DNA of 52,257 nucleotides from positions 1-52,257 of the IMG/VR virus record IMGVR_UViG_3300042879_003234; one strand, written 5' to 3'. Position numbers and translations under genes: made by a program. The number at the start of each line of letters is the position of its first letter. Within the stretch, counting starts at the first letter, position 1. This document shows, piece by piece, positions 19,504-28,719 of this stretch. Source of the stretch: a virus (taxonomy: Duplodnaviria > Caudoviricetes). The notes under the pieces were generated by a model that ran no database searches, was not told the DNA's origin, and was given only the letters and a program-made list of their open reading frames with translations.

Positions 19504-22353
19504 CTACTTGATTCCGTGAGTTGCTCTTGAGTTGCTTGTTCTTCTAGAACTTTGCGCTTGTATTGCTGGTGGTCTGGTGGCACTTCCACCATTTCTTGAT
19601 GATCTTCCACCGTTCATTCCACCACCAGCAGTTGGTCTAACGACTGTTACTTTTGGTTTTGGTGGAGATGGTGGTTTTGTTGTTGATGATGGTTTTGGTG
19701 TTGCTTTTTTTGCAATTTGCGCCTGTCTCGCTTGCTCTTGGGCGACTTTAGAGCCCCCACCAAACCATCCCATTTTATCCCACCAAGCACGTTTTTCTCT
19801 TAACTTTTCTTCATTTGCTCTTCGTTTTGCTAATCGCGCAGCTTCTTGCCTTGCTTTTGCTTGATCTGCAGATATTTGCTGTGCTGATTTTGGCTTTCCT
19901 GTTTTAGGATCAATTGTATTTCTATTAACAGATCCTATCTGAATTCTACTACCAAGAGCTCTTTGATTCAACCAACCAATATCTTGAGCAAATCTACCAA
20001 GCATCGATGCTCCATAATAAGTCGCATCGGACATAGAACCCTTTAATAATGCGTCTTTAGCCTTTGATGCGTATTCTGATACAGTCTTATTAAAGTTATA
20101 TCTATCATCAGAAAACAAAGTGTTTCCAGATCCTTCTGTTGCTGCAGAAAATCTTCCAAGAGTTGAGTTAAAAGATGATCCTCTCTTCCCTAATGTATCA
20201 GTATAAGCACCTCCCCCACGTTGCCCTTTATTAATATCTTCTTGATTCCAATTCATTTTCACTTGACCAGTTTTTGGATCTATCATTAAACCATGTTTGT
20301 TCATTGTGAGATCAATAGTTTTTTGTCTCATCGCATCGACTTCTTTATTGGATAAAATTTTAAAAGGTTTTCCAACAGGACCCAATAATGCTTTAAGGAA
20401 TGTAAGGTTTCTCATATTTGTAGCATTTCCAGTTGGAATAGGGATTAATCCCTTATCCGCCATTTCCTTAAATGGACCATCTGGTAATTTTTTAATGAAT
20501 TTATCACCAAAAGAAATCATTCTGTCCTGTATTTTATTTGTTCTTTCGGAAAACGATTGATATTCTTTTGATGAAGTTGCTCTTTGAATTGAACTTAAAG
20601 CATTAGATGTAGGTTTTTTGGGATCAAGATTAGTAAGGGTTCTAGAAGCATTTTGTGCATAATTCATTCCTTGAGAATAAAGTTGAGATCCAGCTTTATA
20701 TGCTTGATTTCCCAACATCATTACATCTCTTTGCAAGGATCCATTATTTAAATAACGTTGAGCAGATGCTGCTTGATTCATAGCACCACTATAGATGCTA
20801 TTTCCAAGATTTAAAGCAGTATTTTGCAATCCTTTTCCAGCTGTGGAAATAGATCCTGCTAATGATATACCATTTTTAATTGCTAAATTTTTTGCCCAAT
20901 TGTAATGTGGAGATAATTGTTTTACTATTTCATCGACAATTGATTTGAGATTATTACCACCAGATCTCAAACCCTCTCCATCAAATCCAACATATCCTCC
21001 ACCTTGAGCGTATACTGTTCCACTAATTTCTCTTGGTTTATTATTTCCGCCGCCTGCGGCATTCATTGATTCAAGAGTATCTACACCATACTTACGAACT
21101 GCTCCAGCAGACATTACAAATTCACCATCTGTAAGCATCGCTGGGATCTTATCAGTTCCTTTTTGTCCAGCAACTAATCCAGACCATCCACCTCCACTAA
21201 ATCCATATGATTTAGTTTCACCAGTTTTTAATTTAGAAATTTGTTCATCTATCTCAGATCCTTTTCCTTGAAGTTTTTCAAACCAACTTAAGGCATCCTT
21301 CTGTTTTTGAAGTTCTTTTATCTTTTCAGCATTACTACCAGGGGCTTGAGATACCTTTCTTTCTTGCTCGTCAACTGTTTCTGGGAACAACATTGGAATT
21401 GTTGCACCAGCAGTAAATAATCCAGTCGCAATTCCAAGAGGACTCTTTATAAATCTAAGAAGTTGAGGAATAGCAAATTTTGTTAACCTTAATAATCCAG
21501 AACCTACAATACCTAGAATACTACTGGTAAATTTTCCAAAACTTGTACCAAATAAAATGTAAGCCCCTAGTAAAGCAGGCCACCAATCTCCAAAAAATCT
21601 AATTAATGACCTAATTTTTCTAGCATTTTCTGGATTTGCAAACCAATCAACCAATTTAAAAACTATTCTACCCAGTAAAGTTTGTACAAAGAAGTTTAAT
21701 ATTTTTTCCCATATTGATTTAACAGGTGCTAAAATACCATCGATGACTTTTTTCATTACCTTCAATGGTTTTTCTAAAGCAGATTCTCTTGCTCCTCTAC
21801 GTCTAGATTCAGAGTCTTTCCTTTCATTCTCACGAGATTTAAGTTGAAATTTTAATTGCTCCCCAAGAATATTGGCGATAGATTCGACAGACTTTCTAAT
21901 CGCAGAAATATTATTTTCAAACTCATCACCCAAAGTTTTACTTTTATCTGTTACCTCAGCAGCAGTTACTGAAGTTCCTCCAGCTGGTAAAAGTTTTTGT
22001 GGAGAGATTACATTTGTTGATTGATTTAATATGTAATTATTATTTGTAATTTTTGCAGTAACGTTTTTTATCTTAGAAGCACTTACCTTTTTTTCCTTAA
22101 CTTTAAATCTTCCAGTTTTTCCTCTACCTTTTACCCGTTTTAACTCATCCTTTAAAAGATTTACTTCTTCATTAGCGAGTTTATTCTTTCCAGTTACAAC
22201 ACTCTTTACAAGTATTTCTTTTAACAGGGTAATATAAGTTTCATAATCCAAGTCAAAAACATCCTCCAATCCAAGAAGTCTCAGAATTCTTGCATCGATT
22301 TGTTCTGAAACGTTCTTGGAACTAGAGGTTGATCTTGGATTACCAACTACCAT
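19504..22353 (-). CDS. tape-measure-like protein
   Basis: Helical and hydrophobic N-terminal half, GTDKIPAMLTDGEFVM..AVRKYG motif; directly follows gp26/gp51. Confidence 0.6.
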   Translation of the reverse strand: MVVGNPRSTSSSKNVSEQIDARILRLLGLEDVFDLDYETYITLLKEILVKSVVTGKNKLANEEVNLLKDELKRVKGRGKTGRFKVKEKKVSASKIKNVTAKITNNNYILNQSTNVISPQKLLPAGGTSVTAAEVTDKSKTLGDEFENNISAIRKSVESIANILGEQLKFQLKSRENERKDSESRRRGARESALEKPLKVMKKVIDGILAPVKSIWEKILNFFVQTLLGRIVFKLVDWFANPENARKIRSLIRFFGDWWPALLGAYILFGTSFGKFTSSILGIVGSGLLRLTKFAIPQLLRFIKSPLGIATGLFTAGATIPMLFPETVDEQERKVSQAPGSNAEKIKELQKQKDALSWFEKLQGKGSEIDEQISKLKTGETKSYGFSGGGWSGLVAGQKGTDKIPAMLTDGEFVMSAGAVRKYGVDTLESMNAAGGGNNKPREISGTVYAQGGGYVGFDGEGLRSGGNNLKSIVDEIVKQLSPHYNWAKNLAIKNGISLAGSISTAGKGLQNTALNLGNSIYSGAMNQAASAQRYLNNGSLQRDVMMLGNQAYKAGSQLYSQGMNYAQNASRTLTNLDPKKPTSNALSSIQRATSSKEYQSFSERTNKIQDRMISFGDKFIKKLPDGPFKEMADKGLIPIPTGNATNMRNLTFLKALLGPVGKPFKILSNKEVDAMRQKTIDLTMNKHGLMIDPKTGQVKMNWNQEDINKGQRGGGAYTDTLGKRGSSFNSTLGRFSAATEGSGNTLFSDDRYNFNKTVSEYASKAKDALLKGSMSDATYYGASMLGRFAQDIGWLNQRALGSRIQIGSVNRNTIDPKTGKPKSAQQISADQAKARQEAARLAKRRANEEKLREKRAWWDKMGWFGGGSKVAQEQARQAQIAKKATPKPSSTTKPPSPPKPKVTVVRPTAGGGMNGGRSSRNGGSATRPPAIQAQSSRRTSNSRATHGIK

Positions 22354-22534
22354 GTTGCATTGCCTGTTGCTTTGAGTTTTCTTCTTCTAAATGTTGCTTT
22401 AGTAATTCTACATAGATGTCTCGTTCCCAAGGCATCATGTTTTCAACTTCCCATAAAGAATATTTATGGTACTGAACTAAAGAAAAAACCAATTTATAAT
22501 AGCTCTCAAGATCTATGTGAGCTAAGGCTATGCG
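22340..22534 (-). CDS. gp51: baseplate hub assembly catalyst gp51, probably expressed as a -1 frameshift extension of gp26
   Basis: Not in the ORF track. Frame reads RIALAHIDLESYYKLVFSLVQYHKYSLWEVENMMPWERDIYVELLKQHLEEEN...*; no ATG/GTG before the conserved part. Confidence 0.8.
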   Translation of the reverse strand, partial: RIALAHIDLESYYKLVFSLVQYHKYSLWEVENMMPWERDIYVELLKQHLEEENSKQQAMQHGSW

Positions 22535-23247
22535 AAAAAACTGGATAGACCCTCCAATACTACTTCACTTTCAACATTGGTTACGGGATTTGTTACCTTT
22601 AGTGTGTGTGAAAGTTTAGGCATAGTTTCAAAAAACTTCTCAATTTGTTTAAATTGAGAAGAATTCATCTGATCTAAAAATTCAGTAACCTCTTTCTTTG
22701 TACAATCGGCAGCTGCCCACACTTCATCTTCGGTGTAAATTTTATCTACACAAGATGAAATGAGATCAAATGATTGTTCAATATTAGAGTCTCTTGATAG
22801 ATCGAAATTACTCTTGATAAACTGTTCTAAAGATGGATACTTCATATCCATCGAGATATTTTTATCAACTGTAATGGTTTTAGTATGTTCTTCGTTCTTG
22901 ACCACATTAATATCATCGATATTAATTTTTACAGTAACAGTAGTATCACCGTCATCTGGACAAATAATACTAACTTCTACTTCTTCTCCAACTGATTTTC
23001 CTCTAATGTTAAGGAACAAATATTCAATATCAAAAGTTGGAAGAGTTTCTACTTTAATATTTTTAGTGAGAATACAACTTTTAATTACTGTTTTAATTGC
23101 AGTAGTAATCTGTTTAGTATCTTCACTTTCTAAAGCTAATACAAGAAGTTTTTCTTCTCTTACTAGAAAAGGTCTATATTGTACGGTCTCTCCAGTTGAA
23201 GGCAATTCCAATTCATACGTTGGTGTAGAAATTTTAGGTAAAGGCAT
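22528..23247 (-). CDS. gp26: baseplate hub subunit/chaperone gp26
   Basis: MPLPKISTPTYELELPSTG..YRPFLVREEK...FDIEYLFLNIRGKSVGE...LEGLSSFF. Confidence 0.92.
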   Translation of the reverse strand: MPLPKISTPTYELELPSTGETVQYRPFLVREEKLLVLALESEDTKQITTAIKTVIKSCILTKNIKVETLPTFDIEYLFLNIRGKSVGEEVEVSIICPDDGDTTVTVKINIDDINVVKNEEHTKTITVDKNISMDMKYPSLEQFIKSNFDLSRDSNIEQSFDLISSCVDKIYTEDEVWAAADCTKKEVTEFLDQMNSSQFKQIEKFFETMPKLSHTLKVTNPVTNVESEVVLEGLSSFFA

Positions 23248-23273
23248 GATCTCCTATAGAAATTCAGATACTT

Positions 23274-23279
23274 TATTTA
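23274..23279 (-). promoter_or_regulatory. late promoter core TAAATA for the gp26 operon
   Basis: CATAAATAAAG upstream of the AGGAG RBS. Confidence 0.65.
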
Positions 23280-23372
23280 TGGGTGTTGTGGACAGATCCT
23301 AAACTGACCATGAGAGTTTTAAAGAGACCTCAAATACGCTATAATAAGATCATACAAAACAAAACAAGTTTC

Positions 23373-23612
23373 ATGAAAAACTTCTTTTTCGCTATTGTCT
23401 TTCTTTACGGTCTCGGTCTTTCATACTTTTTTGGAACTTGGGTAGTAAAAGATATGATTGCACTTGAACAAGCAGTTGCAGTAGGATCTGAAAGAGCAGA
23501 AATGAGACATCGAATCAACGTATTTGCAGATGGAACTTGGTTTCTTCTTTCAAATATTATGGTTATTTCTTCTGTTTATGGAATGAAGAAAATCAAAGGA
23601 AGTGAAAAATGA
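23373..23612 (+). CDS. small membrane protein with two predicted TM helices
   Basis: MKNFFFAIVFLYGLGLSYFFG...; TATAAT at 23340-23345 upstream. Confidence 0.7.
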   Translation: MKNFFFAIVFLYGLGLSYFFGTWVVKDMIALEQAVAVGSERAEMRHRINVFADGTWFLLSNIMVISSVYGMKKIKGSEK

Positions 23613-23746
23613 ATAAATTTGTTTCTTACGCAATCGGAAGTGTACTTCTAATTCTATTGGGATACTCTTCTTTAGTTGTAACTTTACACGCAGTATCAAG
23701 TGTTATATTACCATCTTCAGATGCTCCAAAAGACTGGAGAGAGTGA
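23609..23746 (+). CDS. 45-aa single-TM protein
   Basis: ATGA overlap with the previous gene; MNKFVSYAIGSVLLILLGYSSLVVTLHAVSSVILPSSDAPKDWRE. Confidence 0.6.
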   Translation: MNKFVSYAIGSVLLILLGYSSLVVTLHAVSSVILPSSDAPKDWRE

Positions 23747-23767
23747 GTCCCAATAAGGGACTTTTTT
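23745..23767 (+). terminator. intrinsic terminator
   Basis: AGTCCC-AATAA-GGGACT-TTTTT. Confidence 0.75.
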
Positions 23768-23775
23768 ATTGCATA

Positions 23776-24723
23776 TTAAAATTTAACTTTTGGATTCATT
23801 GTTTGAGCTTTTTGCAGTAACAAGGTTCTTTGAGGAGAACCTACTGGATATGCTGCATTAGCATTATTTAAAATTTGTTTTTGATCTGCAAGATAGTTAC
23901 CAGGAGTTGATATCTTTTGACTGGTAATCATATTTTGATTTGATAAAGCCCATATTGCAAGATTTTCATTGATACCTGTACCTTGAGCGAATGGCGCTGA
24001 AGGTCCTTGTAGTCCTGTTGTATCTACCCCAAAGATTCCAGGGGATCCAGGAACACCAAGAGTAGATTGTTCTGCCTGTGTTCCAGAAAAAGCAGAACTA
24101 TTTGCAATAACATATCTACTATATGTAAAAGACACTGTTACTTTTAAAAGAGAAGAAGAATCATATGTTACAGGCATCGAATTGATACTTGTTGGGAATG
24201 CTTTAATAAACTTATATACTAGTGGAGAATTTTTGTATCCTCTTCCCCTTACAGATGATCCATAGTCTTTTTCAAACTTACTGATAAAAATATCTGTTTG
24301 ATAAGTGGATGGATAGTTTACCCTATAAGTATAATTTGGTTTAGTATCATATCCTGCGGCATACTGTTCATTTACAACATACCTCATCCAGGTTTCAAAA
24401 AATTTAATTTGATAATATTGTGTATCAACATAAAAAGTAAAGTCTGCTTTATCATCGTATAATCTACGATAACCATGCCTCTCAGTTATTCCAGTGTAAT
24501 CATTATTAATTTCATGAGTAGCGATGGATGATCCAGGAAGAGATGCTTCAGAGCACGTAATTACTAGTCTGTCTGGATCATATGGGATCTTATTAGCAGC
24601 CAGAGGAAGTCCAGAAGGAACTGCAAACCAACATTCAAAATTAGATGTAGTTGCTGGTTGCAATAACTTTGCTTTTATATCAGATAATTTTCTTGGTTTT
24701 GGTGCTGGTGCCCGAGTAGACAT
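23776..24723 (-). CDS. tail-tube-like baseplate-tube initiator (gp54/gp19-like)
   Basis: CSEASLPG...TFYVD...FFE.W...F..AFP.SI..MPV.Y...KV.V.F.Y tube-fold motifs; synteny. Confidence 0.75.
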   Translation of the reverse strand: MSTRAPAPKPRKLSDIKAKLLQPATTSNFECWFAVPSGLPLAANKIPYDPDRLVITCSEASLPGSSIATHEINNDYTGITERHGYRRLYDDKADFTFYVDTQYYQIKFFETWMRYVVNEQYAAGYDTKPNYTYRVNYPSTYQTDIFISKFEKDYGSSVRGRGYKNSPLVYKFIKAFPTSINSMPVTYDSSSLLKVTVSFTYSRYVIANSSAFSGTQAEQSTLGVPGSPGIFGVDTTGLQGPSAPFAQGTGINENLAIWALSNQNMITSQKISTPGNYLADQKQILNNANAAYPVGSPQRTLLLQKAQTMNPKVKF

Positions 24724-24762
24724 CTAAATAAATTTAGTTTTATATATTATGTAGTAGAGATA

Positions 24763-25215
24763 ATGGCAGAAAGTATCAAAAGCAAATACAGACCATCACA
24801 TCCAGATAAGTACAAAGGAAACCCAAATAATATTATCTGTCGTAGCAGTTGGGAAAGGAAATTTTGCGTTTGGTGTGATCTGAATGAAAGTATTCTGGAA
24901 TGGGGAAGTGAAGAATTTTGGATCCCATACAGATCACCAGTAGATAATAAAATGCATAGATATTTTCCAGACTTTATCACAAAAGTAAAAGATAAAGATG
25001 GGCATATTACTACATATGTAATCGAAGTTAAACCAAAAAGGCAAACAAAACCACCAAATCCAAACCCATCAAGAAAAACTAAGAGTTGGATTAGAGAAGT
25101 TAAAACATACGCAGTCAATCAAGCAAAATGGAAAGCAGCTGATGAATTTTGCAAAGATAGAATGATGGTATTTAAAGTTATAACCGAAGACGAGTTGGGA
25201 ATAACGTCTAAATAG
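24763..25215 (+). CDS. gp4: head completion nuclease gp4
   Basis: KYKG.P..I..RSSWE.KF..WCD...WGSEE...HRYFPDF...IEVKP...NQAKW.AA. Confidence 0.92.
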   Translation: MAESIKSKYRPSHPDKYKGNPNNIICRSSWERKFCVWCDLNESILEWGSEEFWIPYRSPVDNKMHRYFPDFITKVKDKDGHITTYVIEVKPKRQTKPPNPNPSRKTKSWIREVKTYAVNQAKWKAADEFCKDRMMVFKVITEDELGITSK

Positions 25216-25246
25216 GTTGTATAATAACCGATAACATAATGCCATA

Positions 25247-26674
25247 ATGGCTATCGAACTAAAAACTGTACCAAATGGGTGGGTAAAAGATGGTACTAAT
25301 GGTTACTACTCTGCTACATTCCCAGGGGTAACTAAAGGTTCTGCTACGGCAGGGGCGAATCCAAATTTAAGTTATACTTATTCAGTAAATCCCGAAACGG
25401 GAGATAGAATTATCTATGCGAATGCGCCACAGATATCAACTGGATTAAGAAATCAAACAACGGGTCAAAGTTTTGATATTGGTGGATCAAGAACACCAGT
25501 TATGTCTATCGATGCTAATGGAAATAAAACAAATCTTTCTGGATACAATCAAATTAAAGCGAGTTATGGAGATGCTGGATTAAAGTCATTGGAAGATGGA
25601 AGTCGAAAAGCATCATCTGCTTTCATGACTCAAACTGGTACAACAGATACTGTTAAGAACTCTAAAGAATTTAAAAGTTCTTTGGGGAATGTAGCAACTT
25701 TAAATAAGGATGGAACAACAGGCGAAAGTTCACAGAATGGTGATGGAGAATCTGGAACTCCATCAGTTGATAAATTAAGTGATCTCAATTTTAGTGTATC
25801 TGATGCGGCAGGAAAAGTTCGCCAATCATATCCTAAAAATTTAAAATATCCAGCAGATCTTGATGTATCTCTTCAAGACTATATTAAAGTAAATATGTAT
25901 CGTTATGTTCCAACTCCATTAAGCGCAAGTCAAATAGCTAGTGGCGGTGGATTGAATAGATCTGGAAGACCATTTGAAAAAAGGAATTCAATAGGTCAAT
26001 GCATTCTTCCGATTCAAGGTCAGATTAGCGATACCAATACAGTTGATTGGTCAAGTGCAAATTTATCACCCGTTCAAGCAATGGCGGCATCTGCATCATT
26101 TGAAATAATAAAAAGTGGTGGACAAGATACAGATCTAGCAGCAGAAGGGATGTCGAAATTAATTAAAGAAAATAAAGGAGATATACAAAACGCATTAGCT
26201 ACATATTTTGCAGGTGAAGCTGCTGGTGCTCAAAATTTACTCTCTAGAACAAGTGGTGCAATTATCAACCCAAACATGGAGCTATTGTTTAATGGCCCAC
26301 AACTAAGACAATTTACATTATCGTTTAGAATGTCTCCAAGAGGAAGAGCAGATGTGGATAATGTAAGAAAAATTATCAGATTCTTTAAGCAAGGTATGTC
26401 GGTAAAACAAAGTTCATCAGAATTATTTTTAAAATCTCCAAACACATTTCAAGTTCAATACATTAATGCAGGAAAAGATCATCCTTATATTGGAAGAATT
26501 AAAGAATGTGCATTACTAAATTGCACCGTTAATTATGTACCAGAGGGGACATATATGACCTTTGCAGAGGTTCCTTCTATGACTTCCTACGATATGCAAC
26601 TTACATTCACAGAACTAACCCCAATTTATGATGGAGATTATGCTAATGATAACGATTCAACTGTAGGTTACTAA
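25247..26674 (+). CDS. gp48: baseplate tail tube cap gp48
   Basis: LKYP...INPNMELLFNGPQLRQF.LSF...PR...F.ELTP; late promoter TAAATA at 25209-25214. Confidence 0.88.
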   Translation: MAIELKTVPNGWVKDGTNGYYSATFPGVTKGSATAGANPNLSYTYSVNPETGDRIIYANAPQISTGLRNQTTGQSFDIGGSRTPVMSIDANGNKTNLSGYNQIKASYGDAGLKSLEDGSRKASSAFMTQTGTTDTVKNSKEFKSSLGNVATLNKDGTTGESSQNGDGESGTPSVDKLSDLNFSVSDAAGKVRQSYPKNLKYPADLDVSLQDYIKVNMYRYVPTPLSASQIASGGGLNRSGRPFEKRNSIGQCILPIQGQISDTNTVDWSSANLSPVQAMAASASFEIIKSGGQDTDLAAEGMSKLIKENKGDIQNALATYFAGEAAGAQNLLSRTSGAIINPNMELLFNGPQLRQFTLSFRMSPRGRADVDNVRKIIRFFKQGMSVKQSSSELFLKSPNTFQVQYINAGKDHPYIGRIKECALLNCTVNYVPEGTYMTFAEVPSMTSYDMQLTFTELTPIYDGDYANDNDSTVGY

Positions 26675-26676
26675 TC

Positions 26677-27348
26677 ATGTCTAGACCTTACTTCAGACAA
26701 ATACCAAATGTAGATTATATCAGTAGAGGTGCTGATAAAAAAAATATCTCTGATTACATCACTGTTAAAAATTTATTTAAAAGGGGTAAAATCAGAGAAG
26801 AAATATCTGAGAATCTAACATTCTTTGATAAGTATAAAATTCTTGGAGATGAACGTCCAGATAACGTTGCATATAATGTGTATCAAGATGCAACATTAGA
26901 TTGGGTAGTTCTTCTATCAAATAATATTCTAAACATTCAAACTGAATGGCCTCTTTCTCAAGATGCATTTTTTGATTACCTTGATAAGAAATATGGGTCA
27001 ATTGATAAGGCATCCTCGGTAAGTCATTACGAAACAAGAGAAGTTAGATCTTCAAACAATCTTCTCATTCTACCAAAGGGTTTGATAGTACCACAGAACT
27101 ATTCATTCTCATTCTATGATCCAGGATTAAATCAAAATATTGCCGTTTCTAATGTAACAGATCCTGTTACTTATTATGAAATGGAAGTGAAAGAACAAGA
27201 TGATAGAAGAAATATTTTTGTATTAAAACCTAGTTATGTGAATGTCGTGTTCAATGATATGGATGAAATCATGCCATATAAAGAAGGTTCCGAACAGTAT
27301 GTGTCCGAAACCTTAAAGAAAGCAGATAATATTAGACTATTTGGTTAA
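26677..27348 (+). CDS. gp53: baseplate wedge subunit gp53
   Basis: YF..IP...DERPDNVAY..Y....DWVVLL.NNI....EWP...HYET. Confidence 0.9.
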   Translation: MSRPYFRQIPNVDYISRGADKKNISDYITVKNLFKRGKIREEISENLTFFDKYKILGDERPDNVAYNVYQDATLDWVVLLSNNILNIQTEWPLSQDAFFDYLDKKYGSIDKASSVSHYETREVRSSNNLLILPKGLIVPQNYSFSFYDPGLNQNIAVSNVTDPVTYYEMEVKEQDDRRNIFVLKPSYVNVVFNDMDEIMPYKEGSEQYVSETLKKADNIRLFG

Positions 27349-28319
27349 CTCTCTGCAAGTTTTTGGAAGTAACTGAGAGTATCATCTTCATCATCATCCG
27401 AAGATGAAGAGGAAGAAAGATTATTGAGTTCAGTACGAAGGTCTTCTGGAACAGGAGGTGCTGACTTACTACGCTTGTAAGATTCCTCAAGTTCTTGCAT
27501 AACCCTGTCTTCCTTAGAAGGAGTTTGAGTATAGGATTCGTACTCATCATCTTCGTCAATAACTTGACTCTTAGCAGATCCCTTCTGACCAAGGACATAC
27601 TTAAGACGCTTATCAAGATCTTCATAAGACTTGAACTGGTCTGCAGCAGTCAGAGCAGTCAGAGAATACTGCTTCTTCCAAAGTGCTTCCATTGCATCGT
27701 CATCATCAAGAAGAGATGCAGGAGAATCAAACTCGGACTTATCGTAGTTCCAGTAACCATCAACCTTACGAATCTTCAGTTTAAAGTTCGCACCCTTCCA
27801 GAAATCAAAGGGATTGATGGGAGTTTCATCTTCAAATTCAGGTTGCATAGCAGCCATGATCTTATCAAAGATCTTTTTTCCATACTTGAAGAGGAAGACT
27901 TTTCCCTCATTAGCAGGGTTAGTGGGATCCTTCACAACATAAATGTTGGAGTAATATGAAAGTTTACGCTTTTGCTTACGGACAGTTTCTTTATCCTTGT
28001 CGTTACCGCTGTTCCAAAGTTCACGATTGTACTCGGAAACGGGATCTTTCTGACCCAGAGTAGTCAGAGAATTTTCGATGTACCAACCGCCAGGACCTTG
28101 GAATCCATGACTATACATTTTGACCCATGGAATATCTTCTCCCTCAGGAGCAGGAAGGAAGCGAATGATTGCGAAACCATTACCAGTCTTATCTACTTCT
28201 GGTTTCCAAAGACGGTCATCGGTATTTGAAGATGCAGTGCTCATCTTCTCCACTTCTTTCACCAGTTTCTGAGTGAGAGAACCGATAGTGGATTGTTTTT
28301 TAAGATCTGAAAAAGACAT
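27345..28319 (-). CDS. gp32: single-stranded DNA-binding protein gp32
   Basis: DDRLWKP..DKTGNG.AIIRFLPAP...SHGFQGPGGWYIENSLTT; acidic tail. Confidence 0.97.
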   Translation of the reverse strand: MSFSDLKKQSTIGSLTQKLVKEVEKMSTASSNTDDRLWKPEVDKTGNGFAIIRFLPAPEGEDIPWVKMYSHGFQGPGGWYIENSLTTLGQKDPVSEYNRELWNSGNDKDKETVRKQKRKLSYYSNIYVVKDPTNPANEGKVFLFKYGKKIFDKIMAAMQPEFEDETPINPFDFWKGANFKLKIRKVDGYWNYDKSEFDSPASLLDDDDAMEALWKKQYSLTALTAADQFKSYEDLDKRLKYVLGQKGSAKSQVIDEDDEYESYTQTPSKEDRVMQELEESYKRSKSAPPVPEDLRTELNNLSSSSSSDDDEDDTLSYFQKLAES

Positions 28320-28371
28320 TAGATTACCTCGGATTAATTAGATTCGGCTTTTGTGTATTCGGTACTTGAAC

Positions 28372-28400
28372 AGTATAGCACGTCCGTCAGGCACGGTCAA
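28372..28400 (-). promoter_or_regulatory. sigma70-type promoter of gp32
   Basis: TTGACC-17 nt-TATACT with extended TG. Confidence 0.75.
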
Positions 28401-28719
28401 TAGACTGCTTCATAGCATCAATCACACGAGTCATATTATTGAAAATGATATTCATATCCATGTTGGCGGGCAAACCCATCATTTGAGCTGAATGAATAAT
28501 CTTATTCTTCATCTCAACTGCTTCTGGATCATCTGATAAACTTAAACGAGTGTATAAAACTTTTTGCTTTTCTAAAAGTTTTTCTAAGAGTTCTACATGC
28601 TCTAAACGTTCTTGTCTTCCCATTGAAGGAAATTTGAAGATGCTTTGGTAAACATCTTCTTGAAGTTCTGCGATCTCTGCCATTTCTGATCGAACAACTT
28701 CAGACTCAAAAAAACTCAT
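28387..28719 (-). CDS. DUF1825-like conserved cyanobacterial/cyanophage protein
   Basis: MSFFESEVVR...RLSLSDDPEA motif. Confidence 0.75.
   Translation of the reverse strand: MSFFESEVVRSEMAEIAELQEDVYQSIFKFPSMGRQERLEHVELLEKLLEKQKVLYTRLSLSDDPEAVEMKNKIIHSAQMMGLPANMDMNIIFNNMTRVIDAMKQSIDRA

Noticed and set aside
22360-22548. Plus-strand 62-aa ORF
   Set aside because: Antisense to the recognisable gp51 frame
24763-25215. TnsA-like transposase or homing endonuclease
   Set aside because: Sequence and synteny fit the core T4 gp4 head-completion nuclease; no mobile-element ends
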